Shown: positions 52,093 through 61,655 of the stretch, one piece after another
Numbering within the stretch: the first letter of the stretch is position 1
Layout: every line of letters starts with the position of its first letter
Assembly (NCBI GenBank): GCA_963832315.1
Contig: CAWHTT010000009.1
Coordinates: 14,110-78,109 of the forward strand
Reading direction: 5' to 3'
DNA: 64,000 bases
Source: an uncultured Solirubrobacterales bacterium
GTDB lineage: Bacteria > Actinomycetota > Thermoleophilia > Solirubrobacterales > Solirubrobacteraceae
Position numbers and translations under genes: made by a program
The notes under the pieces: model-generated
Told to the model about the DNA's origin: nothing
The model's input: the letters and a program-made list of their open reading frames with translations, nothing else
Database searches by the model: none

Positions 52093-52981
52093 CGAGCGCC
52101 TCGCAGGCGCTCACGACGACCTGCGTGAGGTCCCGCTCGCACACCGACTGCAGCGCCTGCCAGCCGGGGATCCCGTTGACCTCGACCACGACTGCCTCGC
52201 CGTCCGGCCCGATCAGCAGGTCGACCCCGGCGAGGTCGGCCTCCACCGCCGCGACCGCGGCGAGGGCCAGACCACGCTCGTCCTCACCCAGCGTCACCGC
52301 CCGCGGACGGCCGCCGCGGGCCACGTTCGCCCGCCACGAGTCGCTCACCCGCTCCATCGCGCCGGCGATCTCGCCTGCGACCACGAGCACGCGCAGGTCG
52401 CGGCGGCCGGCGGGTGCGATCGTGCGCTGCACGTAGTAGACCGTCCGCTCGAGCTCCAGAGCGCGGAACACGCGGTGGGCCACATCGCGATCCTCGACGC
52501 GCACGATCCCGTAACCCATCGCGCCGAACAGCGGCTTGACCACGACGTCGCCGCCCAGATGCTCGAACGCCTGCATCGCATCGTCGTAGCGCTCGCAGAC
52601 GATCGTGGGCGGCGTGGGCAGCCCAGCCAGGGCCAGCAGCGCGCTCGCCCACGACTTGTCGATGGTCCGCTCGATCGCGCGCGGGGCGTTGACGCAGCGG
52701 ACGCCCTGTTCGGCGAGGACGTGGAGCGCGTCCATGCGGAAGATCACCTGCTCCAGCGAGCCGCGCGGGAGGCCGCGCACGATCAGCAGGTCGAACGTGT
52801 CGAGGACCACCCCGTCCGGAGCGAGGACGTGCGCTTCGCCGTGCGCGTCGACGATCGACCGAAGGCGCGTGGCGGGGAGCGCGAGCACCTCGTGGCCACG
52901 AGCGGTGAGCGCGCCGATCAGTCCTCGCGAGTGCCAGGAGCCGGTCGCCCCCAGGACCGCCACTCGGAGCGATCCCGTCAC
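52082..52981 (-). CDS. RimK-type ATP-grasp ligase (H4MPT:glutamate ligase MptN-like)
   Basis: ATP-grasp core (DVVVKPLFGAMGYGIVRV, DLRVLVVAGE, VEVNGIPGW). GTG 52981 overlaps the mch stop (GTGA). Confidence 0.7.
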   Translation of the reverse strand: MTGSLRVAVLGATGSWHSRGLIGALTARGHEVLALPATRLRSIVDAHGEAHVLAPDGVVLDTFDLLIVRGLPRGSLEQVIFRMDALHVLAEQGVRCVNAPRAIERTIDKSWASALLALAGLPTPPTIVCERYDDAMQAFEHLGGDVVVKPLFGAMGYGIVRVEDRDVAHRVFRALELERTVYYVQRTIAPAGRRDLRVLVVAGEIAGAMERVSDSWRANVARGGRPRAVTLGEDERGLALAAVAAVEADLAGVDLLIGPDGEAVVVEVNGIPGWQALQSVCERDLTQVVVSACEALVTA

Positions 52982-53928
52982 GACGTGAACGAGCGCTCGA
53001 GCACCTCGGGCGCCAGCCCGCCGCCGTGGTGCGCGCGCCCGGACTCGGTGCTGGTCAGCGTGACCGCAGCGGGGCTGAACAGCATCGGATCCACGTCGTA
53101 GAAGTTCCAGTCGGCCGCCTCGAGCAGCTCGCCGAACGGGGTGCCGAATGCCTCGGAGGCCGACGAGGGCAACCGCTCGGCGAGCTTGGCCGTCTCCTCG
53201 TCCGAGGCCTCGATCCACAGGTGAACGGTGCCGCCGTACAGCACCGCGTCGTTGGTCCGGCCGATCGCCTTCGGGTCGTCCTTGGCCACCGGAGCGATCG
53301 GGCAGCAGCCCCAGCCGTGGCGGACCCGGGCCGGATCTACCCCGAGCTCATGCAGCTTGTGCATCGCGGTCTCGACCACCCTGGCGCTGATCTGGACCGA
53401 GCCGCAGACCGAGGCGGTCGGCGCGATCAGGAACGTGACCGCCACCGCCTCCACCCCGCAGCGCTCGGCCACCTTCTCGACGATCGCCCCCGGCGGCTCC
53501 TGGCTCGTCTCCAAACACAGGACGGCTTCCTTGGACTCCTCGCGCCAGGCCAGCTCGTCGAACAGGTCCTCGGCCCGGGCCAGCGCGCGTCCCGGGCCGC
53601 TGGCCATGGCGAAGAAGTCGTCGTGCTCGAGCTTCCAGCCGGCGTACTGGGCGGCCAGGCACGCCGTGGCCGGATCGTCGACCGACACGGCGACGCCCGG
53701 CCACGTCCGTTCGCCAACCACAACCGGCACCGGGTCGACCCGGCCCAGGGCGCCCATGCAGGCCGCCGCGAAGACCAGGCCGGCCTGGAGTCCGCCGCGG
53801 GCCTGGGCACCGCAGTCCAGCAGCCGCGCGCCGGACTCCAGCGTGCGGACCTCGATTCCCAGCGCGTCGGCGTGGGTGGCCATCGCGTCCACGAGCGTCG
53901 CGGTGCGTTCGTTCATCGACCGGCTCAT
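52978..53928 (-). CDS. mch: methenyltetrahydromethanopterin cyclohydrolase
   Basis: Mch-like throughout (LDCGAQARGGLQAGL, AQYAGWKL, SVCGSVQISARVVETAMHKL). ATG 53928 overlaps the fhcC stop. Confidence 0.9.
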   Translation of the reverse strand: MSRSMNERTATLVDAMATHADALGIEVRTLESGARLLDCGAQARGGLQAGLVFAAACMGALGRVDPVPVVVGERTWPGVAVSVDDPATACLAAQYAGWKLEHDDFFAMASGPGRALARAEDLFDELAWREESKEAVLCLETSQEPPGAIVEKVAERCGVEAVAVTFLIAPTASVCGSVQISARVVETAMHKLHELGVDPARVRHGWGCCPIAPVAKDDPKAIGRTNDAVLYGGTVHLWIEASDEETAKLAERLPSSASEAFGTPFGELLEAADWNFYDVDPMLFSPAAVTLTSTESGRAHHGGGLAPEVLERSFTS

Positions 53929-54698
53929 CGACCGCCATTCTCCTCGTCGAAGATCAAGATCTCGCCGCGGGTGAGTGCGGTCCGGTCGCCGGACCACCGA
54001 GCCCACGTTCCGCGGAGCAGCGCATCATCCACGGTCAGGCCGAGTGAGCGAACCCGGCGAAGCTGGAGTCCCAGCGCCGGCGGACGAAAGCGGGTGGCGA
54101 ACGCATACGCGGGCAGCGGGTCCACCGCCCGGCCCGAGACCAGGCTGCCTCGCTTGTTGCCCAGCCCTGCCTCCTCGCCGATCCCGCCGAGCGCGATGAC
54201 CGTGCCGGCCAGCATCCTCAGCCCAGCCCCGCTCCCGGTCCGCCCGCCGACCGCCACGAGGCCGCGCCGCATCCCGGCGCCGGCCTCCTCGCCGGCATCG
54301 CCGGTCACGACGATCTCGCCGCCGGTCATGCCTGCACGGGCGCCGGGATAGGCGGCCCCAAGCCGCGCGCCGGCATCTCCGAGGATCCGCAGCACGCCGC
54401 CGGACATCTCCGTGCCCGCCCACGCGCCGACATCACCCCGAACGACGATTTCGCCGCCCGCCATGCGAGCGCCTACCTCATCGAAACGCCCGAGGTCTCC
54501 GGCCAGCACGAGCGCCTCCTCCTCGGTGCCCGCGCCGGACACCTCGAACAGGTCGCCCACGGACACCGCCTCGCCACCACAGCGCAGGCCAACCCCGGCG
54601 ACCGCCGAGGCGTTCAGCCCGCGCAGCCGCTCGGGGATCAGCGGTGCGGCGAGCACCCGCGCCGGTGGGGACTCACGAAGTGTCAACGTCAAGGTCAT
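53925..54698 (-). CDS. fhcC: formyltransferase/hydrolase complex subunit C (FwdC homologue)
   Basis: Repeated G-x-x-M-x-GG-x-I-x-V-x-GD beta-helix units (MAGGEIVVRGDVG, MSGGVLRILGDAG, MTGGEIVVTGDAG). Confidence 0.85.
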   Translation of the reverse strand: MTLTLTLRESPPARVLAAPLIPERLRGLNASAVAGVGLRCGGEAVSVGDLFEVSGAGTEEEALVLAGDLGRFDEVGARMAGGEIVVRGDVGAWAGTEMSGGVLRILGDAGARLGAAYPGARAGMTGGEIVVTGDAGEEAGAGMRRGLVAVGGRTGSGAGLRMLAGTVIALGGIGEEAGLGNKRGSLVSGRAVDPLPAYAFATRFRPPALGLQLRRVRSLGLTVDDALLRGTWARWSGDRTALTRGEILIFDEENGGR

Positions 54699-55600
54699 GG
54701 CGGGTCGCGAAGCTCCGAGAGCGGGAAGTGAAACTCGCCGAGCTTGCCGCCGAAGTTGGCGGCGGTCACGAGCTTCGCGCCGGCGCCCGCCGCGGCGTGC
54801 AGGCCGCGGCGCATCGCCTCGCGGACGGCGTCCTCGGATGCGCCGTCGATCACGATCTCGAACATCGCCCCGACCCCTTCGGGGACCAGCGTGTCCTCGA
54901 CCTGAACGCGGAGCGTCGGAGCCATCGGATGGTTGGTGGAGGCGGGCATGGACTTCGACGTCAGCGCGCCGACCTTGCTGCCGCTGCGGACGATCCCGCC
55001 CGGGAACGGAAGCGCGATGCCCTCGCCGCGCATCGCGTCAACCGCCACCTGCGCGGCCGCCAGTGCGCTGTCGTCGTCGCCGGCGCCGATCACCAGATTG
55101 CCGCCTCCGACTCCACTCCCCACGCCGAGGGACTCGGAGACGAGGAACTCGCCCTCCATCACCGGTATCCGCCAGAAGCGCTGACCGGCGATCACCTTGC
55201 TGGCCTGAAACCCGTCGCCGAAGTACCGCAGGCTCCGCCCCAGCGGCACGGTCCGCTCGGCTCCGGGGAGCCCGTCGAAGCACGCCGTGGTGGGGCAGGT
55301 CATGACGCTCTGGCCGACGCGCTCGAGCACGCGCTTGCCGACGCCCTCGCGGTCCATCGCGAACAGCAGCACCGCGACGCCGGGGCGGCCGTCGGGCGTG
55401 TCCTGCGCCTCGAGCGGCCGTTCGATTGCCGCCTCGCACTTGCAGCCGATCACCGACGTGGCAAAGCCCGTCGCCGAGCGCGCCGCCTCGAGCGCCCAGT
55501 CCGCGGTGGCCGCCGTGATCACCACACGGGCGAAGCGCATCGGGAACGCCTCCGCGAACGTGTCGGCGACTTCGGCATCGCCAAGCGTGTAGCCGGTCAT
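54695..55600 (-). CDS. fhcD: formylmethanofuran:tetrahydromethanopterin N-formyltransferase
   Basis: Ftr-like sequence (VADTFAEAFPMRFARVVITA, CPTTACFDG, FWRIPVMEGEF). ATGA overlaps on both sides. Confidence 0.9.
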   Translation of the reverse strand: MTGYTLGDAEVADTFAEAFPMRFARVVITAATADWALEAARSATGFATSVIGCKCEAAIERPLEAQDTPDGRPGVAVLLFAMDREGVGKRVLERVGQSVMTCPTTACFDGLPGAERTVPLGRSLRYFGDGFQASKVIAGQRFWRIPVMEGEFLVSESLGVGSGVGGGNLVIGAGDDDSALAAAQVAVDAMRGEGIALPFPGGIVRSGSKVGALTSKSMPASTNHPMAPTLRVQVEDTLVPEGVGAMFEIVIDGASEDAVREAMRRGLHAAAGAGAKLVTAANFGGKLGEFHFPLSELRDPP

Positions 55601-57249
55601 GAGCCTCCGGCCTCCACCACGCGCGCCGGCTCGCGCAGCGCCGGGTCGCGGACCGGGTAGTGCTCGAACGCCACCGTGTAGCGATCGCCGAACAGCGGCT
55701 CGAGCACGCGGCTCACCTCGGGGTCGAAGCCGGCGCGGCTCGAGAACAGCACCCCGTCTTCGGCGCGGCGCAACTCGCCGTCCTCGACGGCCAGTTCGCC
55801 GCCCTTGATCACGTAGCGCGGGGTGGCGAACATGTCCTCGCGGTCGGCGCGATCGTGGTAGATCGTCACGTCGGCGTCGGCGCCGACGCCGAGGTGGCCC
55901 TTGTCGCGCAGACCGAGGCGGCGGGCCGGCGCCGCGCGGGTGATGATCGCGATCTCGTTCAGCGTGTACTCGCGCTCCAGTCCGTCGGTGAGGGCCGTGC
56001 GGCGGATCGCTCGCTGATTGGCCTGAGCCATCTGATCCTCCCGGAAGGCACGGTCCATCAGCAGCCGGATCAGCTTCGGATAGGAGAGGAACGAGCCGCC
56101 GTTGGGATGGTCGGTCGACAGCATCACCTGCCAGGGATCCTGGCCGAGCAGGAACAGCTCGAGCCCGATCGCCCACTGCAGGGCGTGCACGTAGTTGCCG
56201 GCTCGGTACCGGTAGGGGACGATCCCGCACCCGGTCTCCACCTCGGTGTCGTGGTTGATCCACTTATCGGCGCCGAGGTCACGCAGGACCGCCGACAGCG
56301 GAGCGTCGGCCGTCATCGTCACGGCCGGTCCGAACATCACCTGGCCCACGTCGGCCGTGACCTCGGGGTGGGCGGACAGGTACTCGACCAGCTCGGGCGC
56401 TCTCGAGCGAGGCAACCCCTCGGGGTGGCCTCCGTAGCAGTGGAACTGCAGATGGGCGAAGTGCGCCTGGCGTCCCGCGAGCGTTCGCATCGTCTCGAGC
56501 GTGGTGTCGGCGTTGCCGGGGACGCCGAGGTTGTTGGCGTGGACGTGCACGGGGTGGGGCAACCCGAGCTCGTCCACCGCGCCGCCGATCGCCTCCAGCA
56601 CCTGGCGCGGCGTCACCTCGAAGCCCGCCACGCGGTCGTCGAGCGAGTGGACGTTGCCGTTGTCGCGCTTATAGAGCTCCACGCCACCGGGATTGACCAG
56701 CTTCACCCCGTAGCCGCCGGTGGCGTCGAGCCACCACGCCACCGCGTCCTTGATCCGGTCCCCGCCCGCCCCGCCGGACTCCCGGATCAGCTCGAACAAC
56801 ACCTGGTTGTTGCCCATCAGGATCAGGAACGCCTTATCGATCATCGGCGTGTCGCGCAGCTCGGAGAGCACATGGCGCGCCGCCAGCGGCGGAGCGGCCG
56901 CCTCGACGACCGTGGTGTAGCCGAGCAGCGAGTAGCGGTAGCCGGTGGTGAACGTCGACGGAACGAGGCCGCCGGTCCCCGAACGAAGCGTCGCGGTTCG
57001 ATCGACGGGATCGCCGCGCCGCTCCTCGGGGGACAGCTTGCGGGCCGCATTCACCTTGGGCCCGGCGATGTGGGCGTGGATGTCCACGCCGCCGGCCATC
57101 ACGACCATCCCGCGAGCGTCGATCCGACGCGCATCGGGACCGACATCGTCGACCACCTTGCCGTCCTGGAGGCACACGTCGCGGATCTCGCCGTCGACCT
57201 CGTTGGCGGGGTCGTGGACGGCGCCGCCGGTGATCCGGATCGCCGTCAC
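55597..57249 (-). CDS. fhcA: formyltransferase/hydrolase complex subunit A (FwdA amidohydrolase homologue)
   Basis: GGVDIHAHIAGPKVN metal site and HVHANNLG. GTG 57249 overlaps the fhcB stop. Confidence 0.9.
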   Translation of the reverse strand: MTAIRITGGAVHDPANEVDGEIRDVCLQDGKVVDDVGPDARRIDARGMVVMAGGVDIHAHIAGPKVNAARKLSPEERRGDPVDRTATLRSGTGGLVPSTFTTGYRYSLLGYTTVVEAAAPPLAARHVLSELRDTPMIDKAFLILMGNNQVLFELIRESGGAGGDRIKDAVAWWLDATGGYGVKLVNPGGVELYKRDNGNVHSLDDRVAGFEVTPRQVLEAIGGAVDELGLPHPVHVHANNLGVPGNADTTLETMRTLAGRQAHFAHLQFHCYGGHPEGLPRSRAPELVEYLSAHPEVTADVGQVMFGPAVTMTADAPLSAVLRDLGADKWINHDTEVETGCGIVPYRYRAGNYVHALQWAIGLELFLLGQDPWQVMLSTDHPNGGSFLSYPKLIRLLMDRAFREDQMAQANQRAIRRTALTDGLEREYTLNEIAIITRAAPARRLGLRDKGHLGVGADADVTIYHDRADREDMFATPRYVIKGGELAVEDGELRRAEDGVLFSSRAGFDPEVSRVLEPLFGDRYTVAFEHYPVRDPALREPARVVEAGGS

Positions 57250-58403
57250 GGCCCGACCTCCGCCAGCAAACGGGCGAGCAGCGCGGCCGCGGTCGGCGCG
57301 TCGCCGGGCTGCGGCACCTGGAGCGTCAACGGTACGCCGTCCAGCCGATGGGCAGTGCCGCCGGCAGAGACCCCGGCGGCCGCGGTGCGGATCCACACCT
57401 CGACCCCCGGCCCGGCTACGAGGCAGCCAGCCGGTCCAGACTCGACGCGCAGCGTGACGTCAACGTCCTCGAACGGCTCCGTGGCCGTGACGAGCTCCGG
57501 ATGGCCGCCGGCGAAATCCACATTCCCGCCGTACCCCGTCTGCCAGGCCAGCACATCCTCGGCGCTCCTGCATCCGGGCGTATCCGGCAGCTCCAGCGTG
57601 ACCGCATGGCGCTCTTGGCACAGGGCCCGGACTAGTTCGTGGAGCGCGAGGGCGCGTCGCTGGCCACCCGCGCCGGCGGTCAGGCCCGCTCCGTACACGA
57701 ATGCGACATGTGGAACCGCTCGCAGGCGCTCGAGCAGGCTCTCGGCTTGAGTCCCGATCTCGCCCTCCGGGACCGTGACGCCGCGCTGCAAGGCATGCAG
57801 GCTGACGAGCGCGTCGAGGTCGCGGTCACTCCCCCAGCCGAGCCGTACCTCGGCGCGCCGGGCCGTCGCCGTATCCGCGTCATCGACGACCACGAGTGTG
57901 CGCTCGTCGTCGCCACCGAAGCCGAGCCGCTCGAGCAGTCGCGGATGCGTCGTCTCCGGGTCCTCGCGCCAGATCACGACGAGCCGCGAGCGGTCGCGGA
58001 TCTCACCCAGGGTGGCCGTCGACGCGCCGCGAAGCGGAACCGCCGGGGCACCCGGCCACGCGCCCGCCACCGCGCCGGTGCTCACCAGCGCCCCGAGACG
58101 GTCGGCGAGCGCCACCGCCGCGCGCGCGTCCTCGACGGTGGCGTGATCGAAGCCGTTCAGCAGAGGACGCCGCGCAGCGCGCAATAACTCGGCGGCTCGC
58201 ACGAGCGCCGCGTCGACGTCGACCACCTCGCCGTTGATGGCGGCGCCCGGCGACTCCGCCGGGCGAAGCATGCGTTCCGCGAACCACTCAGCGCCGAGGC
58301 GACAGGGTGGCTCCAGATGCACGTCGCCATTGCGCTGCTCCAGGAACACGTCGTCGCACAGCAGACCACACCCGGCGCATGTGACGGGGCGAAGCTCAGC
58401 CAT
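57246..58403 (-). CDS. fhcB: formyltransferase/hydrolase complex subunit B (FwdB homologue)
   Basis: MAELRPVTCAGCGLLCDD N-terminus and a molybdopterin-oxidoreductase-like fold. ATG 58403 is preferred over the TTG at 58412. Confidence 0.85.
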   Translation of the reverse strand: MAELRPVTCAGCGLLCDDVFLEQRNGDVHLEPPCRLGAEWFAERMLRPAESPGAAINGEVVDVDAALVRAAELLRAARRPLLNGFDHATVEDARAAVALADRLGALVSTGAVAGAWPGAPAVPLRGASTATLGEIRDRSRLVVIWREDPETTHPRLLERLGFGGDDERTLVVVDDADTATARRAEVRLGWGSDRDLDALVSLHALQRGVTVPEGEIGTQAESLLERLRAVPHVAFVYGAGLTAGAGGQRRALALHELVRALCQERHAVTLELPDTPGCRSAEDVLAWQTGYGGNVDFAGGHPELVTATEPFEDVDVTLRVESGPAGCLVAGPGVEVWIRTAAAGVSAGGTAHRLDGVPLTLQVPQPGDAPTAAALLARLLAEVGP

Positions 58404-59472
58404 AGAGGACAATTGACTCTGGAAGCGCGGACAAAAGCTGAGCTCCGCGCTGGACGAGATCGGACACGCCCGCCTCGGCCGAAATCAGCGTGCACACCGG
58501 TGCGCCTCGCCTGATCTCCTCGCCGGCGTGCGGGACGTCGCGCACGAGCCCTGACGGCCACCAGCCGGGATCGGGAGCGCGGAGATCACGATCGGCGTAC
58601 AGGACGACCTTCACCCGTGAGCGGTCGACCGCCGGGACGGTCGGCAGGCTCAGGCGGCGCGCCCCCTGCACGTGCGCCTCGAAGCTGCCCGGACCGAACA
58701 GCTCGAGCGACGCCGGCGGTCGCGGGTTGACCTCGAGCACCCAGGCGTGACGGCCGTCCCAGATCGCGTCAACCCCGAACGCCCCGCGTACGCCGAACCG
58801 CTCCGCGACCTCGGCGCACACGGCGCGCAGCTGCCCGTCGAGCTCGGTCAGCTCGCCGGCCGGGAGGCGCGGAGGGACCACATTGCCCGTCCAGGCAAAG
58901 CCGCGCGGTCGATGCAACTGCTCGGTCAAACCGAGCACGGCGGCCCGCCGGCCGTCGCCGATCGCCACCGCAGAACAGGAGAGCCCGTATATCCGGCGCT
59001 GGAGGATCTCGGTGGGGCGCGGTGCGCCGCCCGTCCACCGCCGCACTCCCCGGCCTCCGCCGCCGCCGCGCGGCTTTCGCAGCCACCGGTCCGGCTCCGC
59101 GACGGGGAGCTCGCCGGCCGCCGGTCGGGTCTCGGGCGCGTGCGCACCGGCCGCCCGCGCCGCCGCGCCCACGGCCCAGGGATCGCGCACATCCGCCAGC
59201 AGCTCGGGCGGCGTCCCGAGCAACTCGCGCCCTTGGGCCAGCTGACGGACCAGATCGGGGCGATTCTCGAATCCGGCGCCGTACACGACCGCGTCGGCCT
59301 CGACGTCCGCGGCGAGCCTCGCCAGAGCATCGCCCGAGGACGCTGTCGCGCCCGGGGCGATTGCGCGCAGGTCGAAGTCGCCGAAGCGGTCGAGCGCGAT
59401 CGCCTCGTACCCATCGGCCACCGCGAGCTCGGCCAGCATCCGCGCGCTCACGGCGACCAGCAGCACGCTCAC
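58396..59472 (-). CDS. ATP-grasp domain protein (carboligase-like; candidate methanofuran/H4MPT tail ligase)
   Basis: ATP-grasp-like core (RWLRKPRGGGGGRGV, GAFGVDAIWDGRHAWVLEVNPRP). GTG 59472 overlaps the upstream stop (GTGA). Confidence 0.6.
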   Translation of the reverse strand: MSVLLVAVSARMLAELAVADGYEAIALDRFGDFDLRAIAPGATASSGDALARLAADVEADAVVYGAGFENRPDLVRQLAQGRELLGTPPELLADVRDPWAVGAAARAAGAHAPETRPAAGELPVAEPDRWLRKPRGGGGGRGVRRWTGGAPRPTEILQRRIYGLSCSAVAIGDGRRAAVLGLTEQLHRPRGFAWTGNVVPPRLPAGELTELDGQLRAVCAEVAERFGVRGAFGVDAIWDGRHAWVLEVNPRPPASLELFGPGSFEAHVQGARRLSLPTVPAVDRSRVKVVLYADRDLRAPDPGWWPSGLVRDVPHAGEEIRRGAPVCTLISAEAGVSDLVQRGAQLLSALPESIVLYG

Positions 59473-60329
59473 GGCAGCCTCGTTCCCTCCAGGAGCGCGG
59501 CGAGCAGCGTCGCGGCAACCAGGTCCGCGGTCGTCCCGGGGTTCAGCCGGTTGCCGGCTTCGCGGAGCGAGACGTCGAACTCCGCCGGCGAGCGCGATCC
59601 ATCGCGCACCTCGCGCGCGGCTGCGCTGACCGCCCGGGCCACATCGACGCCCGCCTTGCGTGCGATAAGCGTGTCGGGCCAACTCGACAGCAGGCCGACG
59701 TGAACGGAAACGATGGCATCGAGCGTGGAGAGCCCCTTGCGCAGTGCATCATCGAGCAGCGGCAAGCCGGTGTCGAACACGATCGTGTACCCGGTCGCGT
59801 ATTCCGAGGCGATGCTGTCGCGGTGCGCCGCGGCGGCCATCGCGTCGCGCAGCGAAACGTCGGCCGGAGCCCGCACGTCGTGCTCGGGCGCCTCGCCCAG
59901 CCCGCCGGGGTTGGCCCGGGCGATCGCCGCGAAGGCCGCCGCCGCGTCGTCTACGTCGAGGCCGGCAAGCGTCCGCTCGGTGGCCGATCGCAACGATTCG
60001 CCGGCTCGCTGCGTGACCGCCGCGCGCGCGAGCGGCGCGAACAGGAGCACGATCCCCAGATTGGTGTTGGCGCGGGCCACCCGTCCGGTCGCCTCCACGC
60101 CGTCCGCGACCAGCTCTCCGACGGTTCGTTGCATGACCCGACGACGCGCGAATACCGGGCCGAGCGCGAGCGCCGAGCGCACCATGTCGGAGTAGGTCGT
60201 GTCGGAGAAGTCATGCGCCGGCGTGATGTTGCCGGGCTTGGCTGCTGACACCTCGAGCACGCACGCGAGCTGCACCTGCTGCTCAAGTAGGTCCCCGCTC
60301 AGTCGCGAGTGAGCTAGGGTTGCGTTCAC
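59469..60329 (-). CDS. triphosphoribosyl-dephospho-CoA synthase (CitG/MdcB) family protein
   Basis: LEVSAAKPGNITP, NTNLGIVLLFAPL and NPGTTADL motifs of the CitG family. First gene of the minus-strand fhc operon. Confidence 0.75.
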   Translation of the reverse strand: MNATLAHSRLSGDLLEQQVQLACVLEVSAAKPGNITPAHDFSDTTYSDMVRSALALGPVFARRRVMQRTVGELVADGVEATGRVARANTNLGIVLLFAPLARAAVTQRAGESLRSATERTLAGLDVDDAAAAFAAIARANPGGLGEAPEHDVRAPADVSLRDAMAAAAHRDSIASEYATGYTIVFDTGLPLLDDALRKGLSTLDAIVSVHVGLLSSWPDTLIARKAGVDVARAVSAAAREVRDGSRSPAEFDVSLREAGNRLNPGTTADLVAATLLAALLEGTRLP

Positions 60330-60366
60330 CCCGTCACCATACGATAGGAGAGAGGAGACTCACGTT

Positions 60367-60879
60367 ATGGCCATCACCCTGGCAACCGGTGAGGCGCTGG
60401 TCGGTGAAGGTAACGAGGTCGCGCACATCGACCTGCTGATCGGATCCAAGAGTGGACCGGTCGGTGAAGCATTCGCCGAGGCCTTCATCAACGAGTCCCA
60501 AGGTCACACCAACCTGCTCGCCGTGGTCACCCCCAACCTGCCGGCCAAGCCGGACACGGTGCTCAGCAACAAGGTGACGATCGGGGGCGCGAGGCAGGCC
60601 GTGCAGCTGTTCGGTCCCGCTCAGGCTGCGGTCGCCCGCGCGGTGGTCGACTCGGTAGCCGACGGCGTCATCCCCAAGGATCAGGTCGACGACCTGTGCA
60701 TCATCGTCAGCGTGTTCATCCACTGGGAGGCCGAGGACGACAAGAAGATCTACACCTGGAACTACGAGGCCGTAAAGATGTCGATCGCCCGCGCCCTGGG
60801 CGGTGAGCCGAGCATCGACAAGGTCCTCGCCGACACGCCTGACTCGCGTCATCCGTTCGCCGGCGGCGCCGAGGATTAG
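60367..60879 (+). CDS. fae: formaldehyde-activating enzyme
   Basis: GEALVGEGNEVAHIDLLIG, QGHTNLLAVVTPNLPAKP, IIVSVFIHWEA. Full-length Fae with GGAGAGAGGAGA RBS. Confidence 0.9.
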   Translation: MAITLATGEALVGEGNEVAHIDLLIGSKSGPVGEAFAEAFINESQGHTNLLAVVTPNLPAKPDTVLSNKVTIGGARQAVQLFGPAQAAVARAVVDSVADGVIPKDQVDDLCIIVSVFIHWEAEDDKKIYTWNYEAVKMSIARALGGEPSIDKVLADTPDSRHPFAGGAED

Positions 60880-60890
60880 CGAGGGAGCAG

Positions 60891-61655
60891 TTGACCGCGC
60901 AGGCCGGAGAGCCTTCGCTCACCGGTCTGCGCACCGTCGTCACGGGGGCAAGCTCCGGGATCGGCCGGGCGATCGCGATCGCCTTTGCGGCCGCCGGAGC
61001 GAACGTCGGAATCGGCTACAACCGCTCCTCAGATGCCGCGCGAGCGCTGGCCGAGGAGCTTGACGGCGGCCCTCATCCTCTGCTCCGGGCGGACCTCAGC
61101 ACGCCCAACGGCTGCGCTTCGATCGTGGAAGACGCCTTCGCCGCCTTGGAGAGCGTCGACGTCTGGGTCAACAACGCCGGCGCCGACGTGCTCACGGGCG
61201 AGGCGAGGGAGTGGCCGGCCGAGCGCAAGCTCGAGGCGCTGATCGACATCGACCTCAAAGGCACGATTCGCTGTTCGCGGCTCGTCGCCGGCCGGATGCG
61301 CCCCGGCGGCTGCATCCTCAACATCGGCTGGGATCACGCCACAATCGACGGGATGGCGGGTGATAACCCGGAGTTGTTCGCCGCGGTGAAGGCGGGGGTG
61401 CTCGGCTTCTCCAAGGCGCTCGCGCGCTCGGTGGCGCCCGACATTCGCGTCAACGTGCTGTGCCCCGGCTGGGTCGAGACGGCCTACGGCGAGGGGGTGG
61501 ACCGCGCCTTCTACGACAAGGTCGCCGCGGCCACGCCACTGAAGCGATGGGGCACGCCGCAGGACATCGCGGGCGCCGCGGTATGGCTCGCGTCGCCGGC
61601 CGCGGCGTTCGTCACCGGCCAGGCGATCAACGTCAACGGCGGCACAGTTGGCTGA
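60891..61655 (+). CDS. short-chain dehydrogenase/reductase (SDR) embedded in the fae operon
   Basis: TGASSGIGRAIA, NNAG, FAAVKAG (Phe where classical SDRs have the catalytic Tyr of Y-x3-K), and PGWVET motifs. TTG start. Confidence 0.75.
   Translation: MTAQAGEPSLTGLRTVVTGASSGIGRAIAIAFAAAGANVGIGYNRSSDAARALAEELDGGPHPLLRADLSTPNGCASIVEDAFAALESVDVWVNNAGADVLTGEAREWPAERKLEALIDIDLKGTIRCSRLVAGRMRPGGCILNIGWDHATIDGMAGDNPELFAAVKAGVLGFSKALARSVAPDIRVNVLCPGWVETAYGEGVDRAFYDKVAAATPLKRWGTPQDIAGAAVWLASPAAAFVTGQAINVNGGTVG

Noticed and set aside
55660-57750. 696-aa plus-strand ORF antisense to fhcA/fhcB. Also 54695..56263 extended N-terminus, 61633..63045 minus, and 11911..13749 extended N-terminus.
   Set aside because: Mirror-frame or upstream-extension artefacts. 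The real genes are defined by family motifs and by ATGA/GTGA coupling to their neighbours.
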